DNA of 64,000 nucleotides from Nemertoderma westbladi (taxonomy: Eukaryota > Animalia > Xenacoelomorpha), in assembly GCA_032718475.1 (NCBI GenBank), contig JAUCBJ010003138.1, forward strand, positions 33,472-97,471, written 5' to 3'. Within the stretch, counting starts at the first letter, position 1. Every line of letters starts with the position of its first letter. This document shows positions 1-10,917 of this stretch, piece after piece. Under the pieces are notes generated by a model. The model worked only from the letters and a program-made list of their open reading frames with translations. It was not told where the DNA came from and did no database searches. A program made the position numbers and the translations under genes.

Positions 1-69
1 ATAATTATAATTTAATGAATAATTATTATCATATCAAACAAGTTAGCCTTTTCATTAAGTTACAGTCAT

Positions 70-165
70 GGGCCGAAACGTCCGGGCCGAATCGTCCGGG
101 CCGAAATGTCCGGGCCGAAACGTCCTGGACCGAAATTTCCTAGGCCGAAACGTCTGTATACCGAA
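70..165. repeat. Short tandem array of ~14-15 bp units (GGCCGAAACGTCC-like)
   Basis: About 6 consecutive variants of ggccgaaa(c/t)gtcc. Confidence 0.8.
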
Positions 166-656
166 ATCCCGACTGTATATCTAGGCCTAATTAACTAGCC
201 ATAGTATAATTATAATTGTTCGCAAGATGGCTTGCAGCTTTTGCTGCACAAAGGCCCCACTCGTGTTGTTATTATTTGCAATTAAGGTAATATAACAGTA
301 CAAACTAACCTTCATGTTGACGCCACCGGGCTCTTTTCCTTTCCTGTAATGGGCCCAGGCGCGGTATTCTACTCCACTGTGTATTTTCTTTAAGTCCCAT
401 CTGTACACAATATTTATATCACCCTTTTAATTGTACGAACCTGCCCAGAAAGCCTTTTACTTATGACTTTCTGGGCCTCACCAAAATTCATGGTTGACAC
501 GACGACGTACAGAGTATCCTATACAACAGTATTCCAGGGCAGGGAAGTTAAACTTTTATTAGCATTGCAACTAACGAACGAAATTGCTAAATTGTGTTGT
601 ACATACTGTATAATGTCCTGCTTGTTTCACTTTTTGTACTTGTATTATTGATAGTA

Positions 657-1226
657 GGCGCCCATGTGAAGAATACAGGATTTCACTTTTCGGTCGACTT
701 TTTATTGGAATTTTATACATGAAGATTTTTCAGTCTTATAACCTGTACATGTACTAATTCGTTTATTCTCCTGCAATGAAGAAATAATTTTGCCGAAACG
801 CAACTTCTTTGCCGAAACGCAACTTTTTGCCGAAGCGTAACTTTTTTGCCGAATAGCACATTTTTGTCGAAACGCGACTCTTTTCCGAAACGCATTTTTT
901 TTTCCGAAACGCAACTTTTTTTGCCGAAATGCGACAGTTGCCGAAACGCGACGACACTTTTCAACGTGGAATCAGAGCTTTATAATGGTATCGATGGGTA
1001 TTTGATTCTGAGAGAGCCATAGATGCATCATAAATGTGCACATCGTTCTATACGTGCTTTCTACATTTGTGCCTCATACTGCCCCATGTAGGGAGGGGCT
1101 TTTGTATAACAGGCGCGCTTAGTAACTCAAGTCGGAAGTGAAACCTACAGTATACCATTGCGTGTAAGCGAGTTAACACAAGTGTTTGATGTAAAAATAA
1201 TTTGATATAATCGTAATACATTCCTA
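657..1226 (+). mobile_element. Dispersed non-autonomous repeat with internal GCCGAAACGCAACTTT array (copy 1)
   Basis: 790-1226 closely matches 22800-23219; 657-767 matches 44932-45082; no credible ORF. Confidence 0.7.
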
Positions 1227-1540
1227 CCGGCAACACATGTAGTTCCATTTGCACGTGGCATGATGCAATAAATAATTGGGATATTATAGTAGGCCCCTAC
1301 GCGTTGCGGTGAACCAGTGCAGTGCCTTTGTGTTCGTTCTCTATAAGTTTGTAATTCGCTTTGTTTTAATCAGCACCGATTATATCGCCTCAATTATTCC
1401 TTGTAAAACTACAGTAAACGCCTTGATGTGGCAATTAGGCGATGTCTGCATTGCGCCATGAACTGAGATCGGTCTGCATTATTGCTGCACTAAATCGTAA
1501 TCCATCAAAGGAGCTTCAAAGGGTAGGTGCTAAAATGCAC

Positions 1541-1700
1541 AACGAGCAACAACGAGCAACAATGAGCAATAATGAGCAATAACGACCAACAATAAGCAAC
1601 AACAAGCAACAATGAGCAATAACGAGCAACAATGAGCAATAACAAGTCACAACGAGCAACAATGAGCAACAACATGCAACAATGAGCAACAACGAGCAAC
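1541..1700. repeat. 10-bp tandem repeat (AACGAGCAAC/AATGAGCAAT)
   Basis: About 16 visible units. Confidence 0.85.
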
Positions 1701-1962
1701 CGGATCGGGAAATTTGTATTTTGGGCTATTATATTTTCGGTTACATTAAATTAGATAAGCCAATGGGGTGCGTACAACACATGGAACGATGGGTTGGGCC
1801 AATAGTACAGTAGGGCACTTGATAATTTATTGCTCCAATGTGCGTTAGTAGAATGTTATCGAATGTTCTAGTTAATTAATTCTATGCTTAGGATTTGCTA
1901 TATAAGAGGCCGTTTGCCCTTCGGTTATCATCTCTTTCTCTTAGCTAATCTAATACTTGTAA

Positions 1963-3575
1963 ACACTTAAAGCACCTGGGAATTTTATTAATTGTAACTC
2001 TATGCACATTATTTAATCTATGTTTATCTGCTGGGAAATTACCCTCGGCTTGGAAAAACAGCATAATTAAGTTGCTTTACAAGGGCAGAGGTGGGTTAAC
2101 GGATCCATCCAACTACCGCGGCATTGCTCTCATATGTACTATGCTAAAAGTCTTAACATCAATCATAAACTCGAGGGTCCGCGAGTTTCTAAAAGAAAAA
2201 ATACCTCCGGAACAGTTTGGTTTCTCTAAAGGAAGGTCAACTCGTCAGGCGGTTTCTAAACTACTCTCTGCAATCTCGGGTCGATCGGGTAACAAAATGT
2301 ACGTACTTTTTGTAGACTTCACAAAGGCCTTTGACATGGTCAAGCGCTCTCTATTACTGATAAAGTTATATAACTTCGGAATAAAAGGTAAACTCTTCAA
2401 TTTAATTAAGAACCTGCTCCAGAATTATATTATCGTCTTCGATGGTCTACGTTTCTCTAGATTTATTCAGCAGCTGCGAGGTATACTCCAAGGTGACTGC
2501 TTCTCGCCAACATGTTTTATTTTATTCTTAGTAGACCTAGCCGATAGTCTCAGAGAAATTGGCAACGACCTATTGTTTATTTTTTACGCAGATGACCTTG
2601 TCATTTACTCTGAGAATCCTGAATTGATTAGAAGAGCACTTTATATAATTGGTGTATTAAAAATGGAATGATTGTTAACATGAAGAAATCTAAGATGGTC
2701 AAATTTCGAAAAGCTGGTCGCATAGCCAACACAGACAAATTTTATTTTGGTAACTCATTGATAGAAATAGTTAATGAATACGAGTATCTGGGCTTGACTT
2801 TGCAGACCTCACTATCCTTTTCTCAACATATTGCGGAGAAGAAACTGAATATTTTCAAGATTATTGGGAGTCTAACTAAATTACACTTAATGTCAGTCCG
2901 GTCTGGCATGATTATATTTCACGGTAAAATACTTCCCATTATGACATACTGTATACAAGAATTTGGTCCCTTTCTGAACTTGCGAAATTTAAAAGAAATC
3001 GACAAATGTAAAGTCGCTTTTATCAAACGGCTGCTCAGGATACATACGTCATCATCAGCGACTTTAGCATTAAACTTAGTGGGAGAATCTACATGTACCG
3101 ACGACATTATCCGGAAATATCCCAACGCTTTTAACCCAGATGTATTTCAACAGTACAGACAATTTCGTGACGAGCGCCAACAGAACTTTATCGACGAAGG
3201 TTACACCAGGGGCCCAGCTTTACAGTCTTCCACGTGGCGTACAGCTGGACAGCGAAACCGACATGTAGTCACGAGGGCGACAGTCCACGGCTTCCATCAC
3301 CGACTGTGTGGGACGGGGATAGGTTTCCACGAACCTGCCGATTCCTGCATCTGCCGGTATTGCAGTCTGCCCTGCGCCGACCGATACCACGCTTTAGCAT
3401 GTCAACTCTGCCCTTCACTATCCGAACTGGCCAAGATGTGACATATATTACTGGGATACGCTATTATAAATTACTTTTATTGAGTTATATTAATTTTTAT
3501 TTATATTTTATCAATTAATTATTAAATAAAACTTTTACCCCGACACGGGGTGTAGCTATAAAAAAAAAAAAAAAA
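1963..3575 (+). mobile_element. 5'-truncated non-LTR retrotransposon (LINE) with poly(A) tail
   Basis: TSD AATACTTGTAA at 1952-1962 and 3576-3586; RT motifs NYRGIAL, FVDFTKAFD, GILQGD, YADD; AATAAA at ~3525 followed by poly(A). Confidence 0.92.
1964..3441 (+). pseudogene. LINE reverse transcriptase plus C-terminal Cys/His motif, frameshifted near 2660
   Basis: ORFs 2072-2671 and 2668-3441 are consecutive RT halves; the frame is open upstream to 1964; C-terminus CRYC..DRYHALAC. Confidence 0.85.
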
Positions 3576-3844
3576 AATACTTGTAAGATCACACTTATCT
3601 CTCCTCTCTTACTGTAGTTTAGTTCCCTTTGTTATTTGTAAAGGTAAAGTTTGATAAGTCTTTGTACTTACGTTAAATATACTGCAAACTCTTAGCCATG
3701 TAGTTTTATTTTCAATTCAATTCAACATCCGGTTTAGGCCCCGGCGGCTTTATTGATAAATTAATAGAGTTTATATGTGGCAAACGATAGTACAAACTGC
3801 CAATAAGCATAACACTAACCAAGATACATAATACCATTATGTTT

Positions 3845-4715
3845 ACATAAAATGGTCGGGCATATAAAATGGTCGGGCATATAAAATGGTCGGGCATATA
3901 AAATGGTCGGACAAAGGATGGTCAGATTTGATAGTACATAATACACTGAGATACATATCAATAACCGAGATACATAATATAAGCGCCTTGTATAAGATGA
4001 TAAAGCATCGTTAACACGATGAACAGTACGCATGTTGACATAAAATGATTGGGCATATAAATGGTCGGTTCTGATAGTACATAGTACACCGGGATACATA
4101 TCAATAACCGAGATACATAATATAAGCGCCTTATATATAAGATGATAGAGCAGCATTGACACGATGAATAGTACACATGTTGACATAAAATGGACGGGCA
4201 TATAAAATGGTCGGGCAAAGGATGGTATAATACACCGAGATACATATCAATAACCGAGATACATAATATAAGCGCCTTATATATAAGATGATAGAGCAGC
4301 ATTGACACGATGAATAGTACACATGTTGACATAAAATGGACGGGCATATAAAATGGTCGGGCATATAAAATGGTCGGGCATATAAAATGGTCGGACAAAG
4401 GATGGTCAGATTTGATAGTACATAATACACCGAGATACATATCAATAACCGAGATACATAATATAAGCGCCTTATATATAAGATGATAGAGCAGCATTGA
4501 CACGATGAATAGTACGCATGTTGACATAAAATGATTGGGCATATAAATGGTCGGTTCTGATAGTACATAGTACACCGGGATACATATCAATAATCGAGAT
4601 ACATAATAAAAGCACCTTATATAAGATGATAGAGCTGCATTAACACGATGAATAATACACCTATTGACATCAAATGGTCGGGCGTTTAAAGTGATCGGGT
4701 GTAAAATGGTCCGAC
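3845..4715. repeat. Composite tandem repeats in the LINE 3' UTR (17-bp AAAATGGTCGGGCATAT units within ~130-180 bp higher-order units)
   Basis: Repeated blocks gatacatatcaataaccgagatacataatataagcgcc alternate with 17-bp arrays. Confidence 0.85.
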
Positions 4716-4748
4716 CTTTCTAAGTGTTATACACAAAATATGACACTT

Positions 4749-7700
4749 TTACTGAACATTGTAAAAATCTAGCACAACCTCTCGCTTTGCATCAAAGGAC
4801 CCTCTATTGCATTTCAGCACGGATCTATTAAATAGATATTTAAACATCCGCCTTAGTGAGATATGGTCAAAATTTCTCAGGTGCTCTCTTGTCATGCATT
4901 TAATACCATATTGATGGACACTAATGCTACTAAGTGAAGGAAAATTTAACTCCCAAGCAGCCTTTTGATATTCTGTGAACAGCTTCACGGATGTTTGACC
5001 TGTAAGGTGTTGTCCAAGCACATAATTAAAAAGATATAATATTTTTGGATTGCCGCAATTAAATATGCTGTAAATTAATCTGAGTTTCGAGCATTGTAGA
5101 ATTGTTTTAATTGATGAGATATTGAATAACTTGCACAGTGTTACCTTCGAGACATAGTTTCCCACTCTAGTAATCTGTCTTAAGGCTTTCATTAAGCTGC
5201 ATGATATTATTTTACCCTCGTCCTCCGACAGCATTGCGTTGCCATAAAGAATCGATTGCAGGCAAATGACATTCCAAATATTGCCAGTTATATCCAAGGG
5301 AACGCTGTTCACACAAAATCCTCGTTTTTCCATTCGGCTAACATTGGTCCAGATTCGACTCTTGAAGTGTTTAATAAGATTCCCTTTAGTGGGTGGTAAA
5401 GGTAGTCCTAGGTAACTACATGTTAGTTCAGAGGTAAGAGTTACTCCTTCTTCCTTTATTTCCAGCAGACTATTTGACTCCACATTTGAAATGTTGCGAG
5501 TCATGTAATGACATTTCTTCCAATTTATCACCAAGTTGTGGCTATTGAAATAATTGCAACTCAATGCAGTTAAGGCCTCAAGATCTGACTTCAAATTGGC
5601 CAGCAGAATAATATCATCGCCATAACAGATCCCACCAAATGATTGCTTACCTACATGTATACCATAACCTCTTAGTTCTATTTCTAGGAATAGTTTGGCC
5701 AGGTAGAAGTTAAATAAATAAGGGGATAGTACTCCTTCCTGACGAACACCCTTCTCCAGCAAGATTCGCTCTACATAAGTATATCCACTGCAACATAAAA
5801 CAGCGTTGCCTTTACTATAGTAGGATTCTAATGAATGTAATAAGTTCAGTTCCACATTTTGATCATGTAACATCGAAAACAACTTCTTATGATTGATGCA
5901 ATCAAACGCTGAGCTCAGATCAATTGACAGGATATGCATATCTGACTGCCCCTTGTGAAAATAGTCGATCAGACTGTTCACTGTTATATATGTCATTTCT
6001 GTGCCGCATTTAGATTTGTAGCCCAGCTGATAATCAGTAGATGCAAGATTCAAATATGGTAGGATTATGTGCTCCCATAGTTTTGCTACCGTCGGAATAA
6101 TTGTCACTGCACGATAGTTTTTGAGAACAGATTTATCTAGTGCCTTCCCTTTATACAGGGGCATCAGAAGACCAACACATAGATCGTCAGGGCATGATCC
6201 TGTTGCTATCATAGTGTTAAAAAGAAAGCTTAACTCACTTGCAATAACATCCCCAGGTCCATAATAAAAGTGTTCAGTTCTCAGACCAAAATAGTCGCTG
6301 CACTTTCCTCGGTTAAGTGCTTTTATTGACCTTTTTACTTGATCTACGTTTATTCTATTGAGGTCATTATTAACAATGGCAGTATTTTGTCGCTTTTCTA
6401 ATTTATCAGTGCCGGTGCTTACTTCCCGAAAGTGGTCCTTATAATGCGCAAATAGCCGATCAGCTACCTCTTCTGTGATATCTGTGGAATTCCTGTTTTC
6501 TTTGGTAAGTCTCCAGAATTTATGATCATTTTCTCTACATGACTGTATGAGATCACGAATGTGTTCTTGGTAGCTAATACGCTCAACTTTAGCAACTTCT
6601 TCACTATATGCCAGCCATGAGACCTTATATTGAATATAGAATTTGTCTGTACAGTCAGTTAATCGGCCATTGCTACACCATGTTTCTTTGGCTTTTTCAG
6701 CAGCCTCCTTTAGTTGTCCTAGTCTGCCTTTTGCCACCTGTCTGATCTTCCTCCTTCTTTTCCCTCTTTTGGATTGTCTGATGAATGTCATGGGTATATG
6801 TTTTTTGGCTGCCTGTAGTAGTTTAGCAGTGAGATCAGCCAAAGTGGTTTCGCAATCTTTCGGATCTGATGACCATATCCGCTCAGGTCTAAATGTTATA
6901 TTTGACAAGCTTTTAGTTATTTCCTCTCTATATTTATGTAACTGGTCTTGTGTAGCCCTATTGAAATGAGGAATTGTCATATTGAAGGGGGACTTCTGTA
7001 TCTGATTTCTATGCTGCACCTTCTTCTCAAACTTAAAGAGACATTGTACTGGGGTATGGTCGGAAAGGTTACAGATATTGGTATTTAGCATGATACTATT
7101 CAACATATTGCTGTACAAGTCCTTGGAGATAATCACATGGTCAATAAAGCTGCTTCTTAACACATTACCTTTCTTGTCTCTAAATCTGTAAGTGACTTCC
7201 GACCCAGAAGCTTTGTCAGACACGCTTGCTACTGTTAATTGAAAGGGGTTGATTATGTCATTTGTGAAAATCTCCCCAAAGTGGGATATCTTGTGGCACT
7301 GCGCATCGCTATTAAGTGGTCTCCCATTAATATCACCTAATAATATTAGTTTCAGGTTGTCGTTATTCGCATCTTCTATCAGTTCTGATAGTATTGTGCA
7401 CTCTTTGATATAGTTCTCACGGTCTGCTCGTTTTCCACAATTAGCTGGCATGTATGTGCCAAGGATTGCTACATTTGGGATCGCTGGATGATTGGTAATC
7501 TCTAGCTTAATAATCCGGTCTGAGTTTGCTATATCGCTTATTACTGTATATGGAATCAGGTCTCTCTTCACAAATACCGCTGTCCCTCCCATTCCCCGCA
7601 CCTTGCATTTATTGTGCATCATATCATCAGCCACTGTATATTTGCAAGAATACTTATTGTTAATTCTATCATCGTATAAGTGAAATGCAGCCTCCCTGGG

Positions 7701-7916
7701 GCCTAGCCAGGTTTCCTGGAGAAAAAGTATATCAAGTTCAGATTCCTCTAGAAGACTGTCTATGTACAACTTGTTATTTAAGTATCCCCTACAATTGAAG
7801 GTCATGAGTTTGAAGTTGGAATTTGTGAAGGGTCCCTCTGTAGATGGGTTACCTTTGGCATTTGAAAATGCTGCTGGCCACCCTTCAGGATAGTATTCCT
7901 GGATTCCATTGACCAT
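4749..7916 (-). CDS. LINE ORF2: AP endonuclease + reverse transcriptase (~1055 aa)
   Basis: APE motifs TFNCRG, LQETWL, GDING, IDHVII, SDH; RT motifs NYRAVT, DLSSAFD, GVRQEGVLSP, YGDD; ATG at 7916 lies 1 nt after the ORF1 stop. Confidence 0.92.
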   Translation of the reverse strand: MVNGIQEYYPEGWPAAFSNAKGNPSTEGPFTNSNFKLMTFNCRGYLNNKLYIDSLLEESELDILFLQETWLGPREAAFHLYDDRINNKYSCKYTVADDMMHNKCKVRGMGGTAVFVKRDLIPYTVISDIANSDRIIKLEITNHPAIPNVAILGTYMPANCGKRADRENYIKECTILSELIEDANNDNLKLILLGDINGRPLNSDAQCHKISHFGEIFTNDIINPFQLTVASVSDKASGSEVTYRFRDKKGNVLRSSFIDHVIISKDLYSNMLNSIMLNTNICNLSDHTPVQCLFKFEKKVQHRNQIQKSPFNMTIPHFNRATQDQLHKYREEITKSLSNITFRPERIWSSDPKDCETTLADLTAKLLQAAKKHIPMTFIRQSKRGKRRRKIRQVAKGRLGQLKEAAEKAKETWCSNGRLTDCTDKFYIQYKVSWLAYSEEVAKVERISYQEHIRDLIQSCRENDHKFWRLTKENRNSTDITEEVADRLFAHYKDHFREVSTGTDKLEKRQNTAIVNNDLNRINVDQVKRSIKALNRGKCSDYFGLRTEHFYYGPGDVIASELSFLFNTMIATGSCPDDLCVGLLMPLYKGKALDKSVLKNYRAVTIIPTVAKLWEHIILPYLNLASTDYQLGYKSKCGTEMTYITVNSLIDYFHKGQSDMHILSIDLSSAFDCINHKKLFSMLHDQNVELNLLHSLESYYSKGNAVLCCSGYTYVERILLEKGVRQEGVLSPYLFNFYLAKLFLEIELRGYGIHVGKQSFGGICYGDDIILLANLKSDLEALTALSCNYFNSHNLVINWKKCHYMTRNISNVESNSLLEIKEEGVTLTSELTCSYLGLPLPPTKGNLIKHFKSRIWTNVSRMEKRGFCVNSVPLDITGNIWNVICLQSILYGNAMLSEDEGKIISCSLMKALRQITRVGNYVSKVTLCKLFNISSIKTILQCSKLRLIYSIFNCGNPKILYLFNYVLGQHLTGQTSVKLFTEYQKAAWELNFPSLSSISVHQYGIKCMTREHLRNFDHISLRRMFKYLFNRSVLKCNRGSFDAKREVVLDFYNVQ

Positions 7917-7917
7917 T

Positions 7918-10311
7918 TTAAAAGCGGCGCCGTTGCCGATAACCAGAAGAGTAGGTGTTAGGTTGAGAATGATACAGAGAAGTGTCACCCTTCGAGTTGT
8001 TGTATGGTCTAGCTGTTGTCCAGTGTTGATATTCCTGAGGTTGTTCAGAGGCTGATGTATGGTTGATATTATGGTTTTGACGTTTCTGATACTGTGTCCT
8101 CCATTCATGATTTCTATTAACATAATTATCACCTTGATTGTTGTACTGAGTTCTGAGTGGTGACCGCCCTTGATCTCTCCAATTTCTATGTTGTATATTA
8201 TTTGTGTTACGTTCATTGTACATACTGACTTTTGGGTTTTGTCCAGGCCACCAGGATGGATTCAAGTACAGCTCTACATCTGTGTCAAAAATAGTCACCC
8301 TTGCACTTTTGATCTGGCCACGCCGCCCTATTATCCAGATATGTACAGGATTAGTTCCAGTTTGCTTGAAACAAAATTCTTCCAATGAGGCACGGCTGGT
8401 ATTATATGGTAAACCCTCCACATAGATGGTTTTAGTTTCAGGGAATTTCTTATGATGTATATGATATCCGTTGTCGAATTTATTATAGTCATTCTGACTG
8501 ACTGTGTGGCCAGATTTGGATTCAAGTAACTGTTGAAGTAGTTTAGTTTGCTCTTTAAATAGCATAGTTATTTTTGATTCATTGTCAAGTTCAGAGAAAT
8601 AATTATTAGTGGCTATAGAACATTTGTTTTTCTGGCATGCCATGACTGGGCTGGTTTTATGTGGTTTCTTCCAAATATTGGTAGATTCTATTACATCATT
8701 CAATGCTGACGGGTTATGAGTTGAGATTATATCTTCTATATCTGAGAGAGTGGATACATTGCAGTCAGACTCCTCCACAGTTATAAAGTCATCAGAGCTC
8801 TCTGATATCAGAGGTGAATTAGGAATCTCATTTGAAATGGTTAGCGCTTCCTTAATAAGTAAAGGAGTGTCATTAGGGTTGGATTGAGTTTTGGGCCCAG
8901 CATCAGCAGTTGCTTGAAACCTGGAATCATCATGTGACACAGGTGAAGCTGGTGTTGTTTGCATCATACTGATTTCAGATTCGCTATTTGAAGGTGAGTG
9001 GGGCATGTTACTTTTAACATGTTTGGAGACCTTAGTTCTCGTCCTTACTGCCTTTTTATTGCCTTTAGCAGACTTCGTTCCCTTATTTTTATGCTGAGGA
9101 TTGAGTAATAATTCCTCATATGATTGTAGAGGTGTGTTATTAGTTAAGGAATTTTGGGCATTATTTGTTGATGTTGACGTTATTCTTTTTGTTACTTCTT
9201 CAAGGTTTAATAGTCTATTGAGAACCATATCATGCTGTGCTTGTAGAGTTTTTAGGTCCACCTGCATTGCTGCTACCTTATCGATTAATTCTAATGCGCA
9301 GAATGTGTCAAGGGCCGTAATATTTACACGTTTCCTAAAGCTAGGAGTCACTGATTTTGCTTCGAATTCCAAGGAGAACTCTGCCACATCTGTAGCTAAT
9401 TCTTCGATGGAGCGACGATGGATGAGAGTAATCTTAGCACCTGTGGTTTCACCCAAGAAGGTTCTAACTTCATTGAAAAGTTGCCTTTGATAGGCTTGGA
9501 GCTTTACCATTCCAAGGGTAGATAGTTGCTTGATATAGTCATCTTTAGGATTGCGAATGATATTAGTATCCAGCACTGCTTTTAGAAATTCATCAGCTGT
9601 ACACACACCTTGAAAATGGTTCTCTAGCTCATCATATCCCTGTGTATCAGTCATGGGATTGTTTGGAGTGACATCTATACAATGATGACAGGTCGGGAAA
9701 TTCGCTGTACTGTTTATGTGAGGAAGTGATGAAGTGCGCTTATGTTGCCTTTCTTTATAGTTGGTGTTGGCATTTTCTTTGCTATAATTTGCTTGTTGCT
9801 TTTGTTTATGAGATTTTTTAGGGTCTACACTTTTTCTCCCTTTCTTATTATTTGCTATACATGGCTTGGGTGGTTCTAAGTCAATTTTCACATCTGTATA
9901 TAGACATTGTTTAAACCAATGTCTCATCAATGGGCTATTAGTATGCTCAGGCCGTATAGAGTCATGTCCCTGTGATAGGGCAAGTGCATATAAGCATATT
10001 AATGGACCACAGTCAAAGTCATTAGTCTGGCCAGGAAAAGGTCGAGTGATAATTTGCGGAGACCACAATTTATTTGATTTGTTTTGTGCACTATCAATTA
10101 GATTAAGGATATGACAAATGCGAGCTGGCATCGTCGTATCAGGTCTTGAATTCAGTGAATCTAATGTGACTACAGACTTATCTGCCAAGGTTGCTACATG
10201 AAGTAGAAAATGATTATTGCGCGGGTTGTCACCAAGGTGACATTCACTAAAAAATATCAATGGCACAACCGCAATATCATGATAGCTTGTTATATATCTT
10301 GCAGTTGCTGC
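7918..10311 (-). CDS. LINE ORF1, C-terminal part: Ulp1/C48-like protease core, coiled coil, RRM
   Basis: HFLL..LDSL..QTNDFDCG; KTIYVEGLPYNTS..SARVTI..LNPSWWP RRM; joins 16970 in frame across the LTR insertion. Confidence 0.82.
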   Translation of the reverse strand, partial: AATARYITSYHDIAVVPLIFFSECHLGDNPRNNHFLLHVATLADKSVVTLDSLNSRPDTTMPARICHILNLIDSAQNKSNKLWSPQIITRPFPGQTNDFDCGPLICLYALALSQGHDSIRPEHTNSPLMRHWFKQCLYTDVKIDLEPPKPCIANNKKGRKSVDPKKSHKQKQQANYSKENANTNYKERQHKRTSSLPHINSTANFPTCHHCIDVTPNNPMTDTQGYDELENHFQGVCTADEFLKAVLDTNIIRNPKDDYIKQLSTLGMVKLQAYQRQLFNEVRTFLGETTGAKITLIHRRSIEELATDVAEFSLEFEAKSVTPSFRKRVNITALDTFCALELIDKVAAMQVDLKTLQAQHDMVLNRLLNLEEVTKRITSTSTNNAQNSLTNNTPLQSYEELLLNPQHKNKGTKSAKGNKKAVRTRTKVSKHVKSNMPHSPSNSESEISMMQTTPASPVSHDDSRFQATADAGPKTQSNPNDTPLLIKEALTISNEIPNSPLISESSDDFITVEESDCNVSTLSDIEDIISTHNPSALNDVIESTNIWKKPHKTSPVMACQKNKCSIATNNYFSELDNESKITMLFKEQTKLLQQLLESKSGHTVSQNDYNKFDNGYHIHHKKFPETKTIYVEGLPYNTSRASLEEFCFKQTGTNPVHIWIIGRRGQIKSARVTIFDTDVELYLNPSWWPGQNPKVSMYNERNTNNIQHRNWRDQGRSPLRTQYNNQGDNYVNRNHEWRTQYQKRQNHNINHTSASEQPQEYQHWTTARPYNNSKGDTSLYHSQPNTYSSGYRQRRRF

Positions 10312-10316
10312 TGTAT

Positions 10317-10857
10317 TGTTAGCTTATCCAATTCCGCTAACACAAACCCATAGAGTGAGCCATAAAGCAATATTGGGAGCACGAGGTTGATTACCAATCA
10401 ACCTCGTGTCAGCCCAGTAAACGGGGACAATAGGCCCCAAAGGAGACACACACAATAGGGGTCAGGGGCCAAACCCCTAACCCAGAGAGTACAGGTGGAG
10501 TGAACGGGAACACTCCACGGGGCGCCAACAAGGGTATCAACCAATCAGAGGGGGGCAAGGCATCGATTAGGTAGTAATTAGGCCAACCGTGCAATATAAT
10601 CAGTAACCTATTAATCAGTAATTCAGTTATCTCAGTGCAGTAGTACTAGCATAGGTTAGTTAGTTTAGATAGGGGAGCACGGGACTTTTAGTTACCGTAT
10701 CCCGCCTTCCACATATCTATATCTATATCTTATACCCATCAGTTATTATACACCGAACATCAGAACTCATTCACTGTTTCGTTTGCTCTTTATACACGGC
10801 GGGGACGCGTAAACTAAAATACCGGATAAATCGGGATCCCTCCTGGATCCCGTCACA
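10317..10857 (+). repeat. 5' LTR (541 bp)
   Basis: TGTT..CACA; differs from the 3' LTR by about 2 substitutions and a 12-bp indel. Confidence 0.95.
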
Positions 10858-10867
10858 GTAACTAAAA
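10858..10867 (+). promoter_or_regulatory. Non-tRNA primer-binding site GTAACTAAAA, complementary to LTR 10686-10695
   Basis: No TGG after the LTR; exact reverse complement of TTTTAGTTAC. Confidence 0.65.
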
Positions 10868-10917
10868 CCAACCGCTGCCCTAGCTAGCCAAACCATCAGC
10901 CACCAATCACCAGCAAG

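Noticed and set aside
310-400. Possible minus-strand exon (AG..GT bounded, two open frames)
   Set aside because: No recognisable homology and no phase-compatible neighbouring exon.
3815-4590. Overlapping 128-210 aa ORFs
   Set aside because: Translations of the LINE 3' UTR tandem repeats.
10409-10594. Short ORFs repeated in the LTRs, and the many antisense ORFs over gag-pol
   Set aside because: Incidental frames in LTRs or in the stop-poor antisense of purine-rich sequence.
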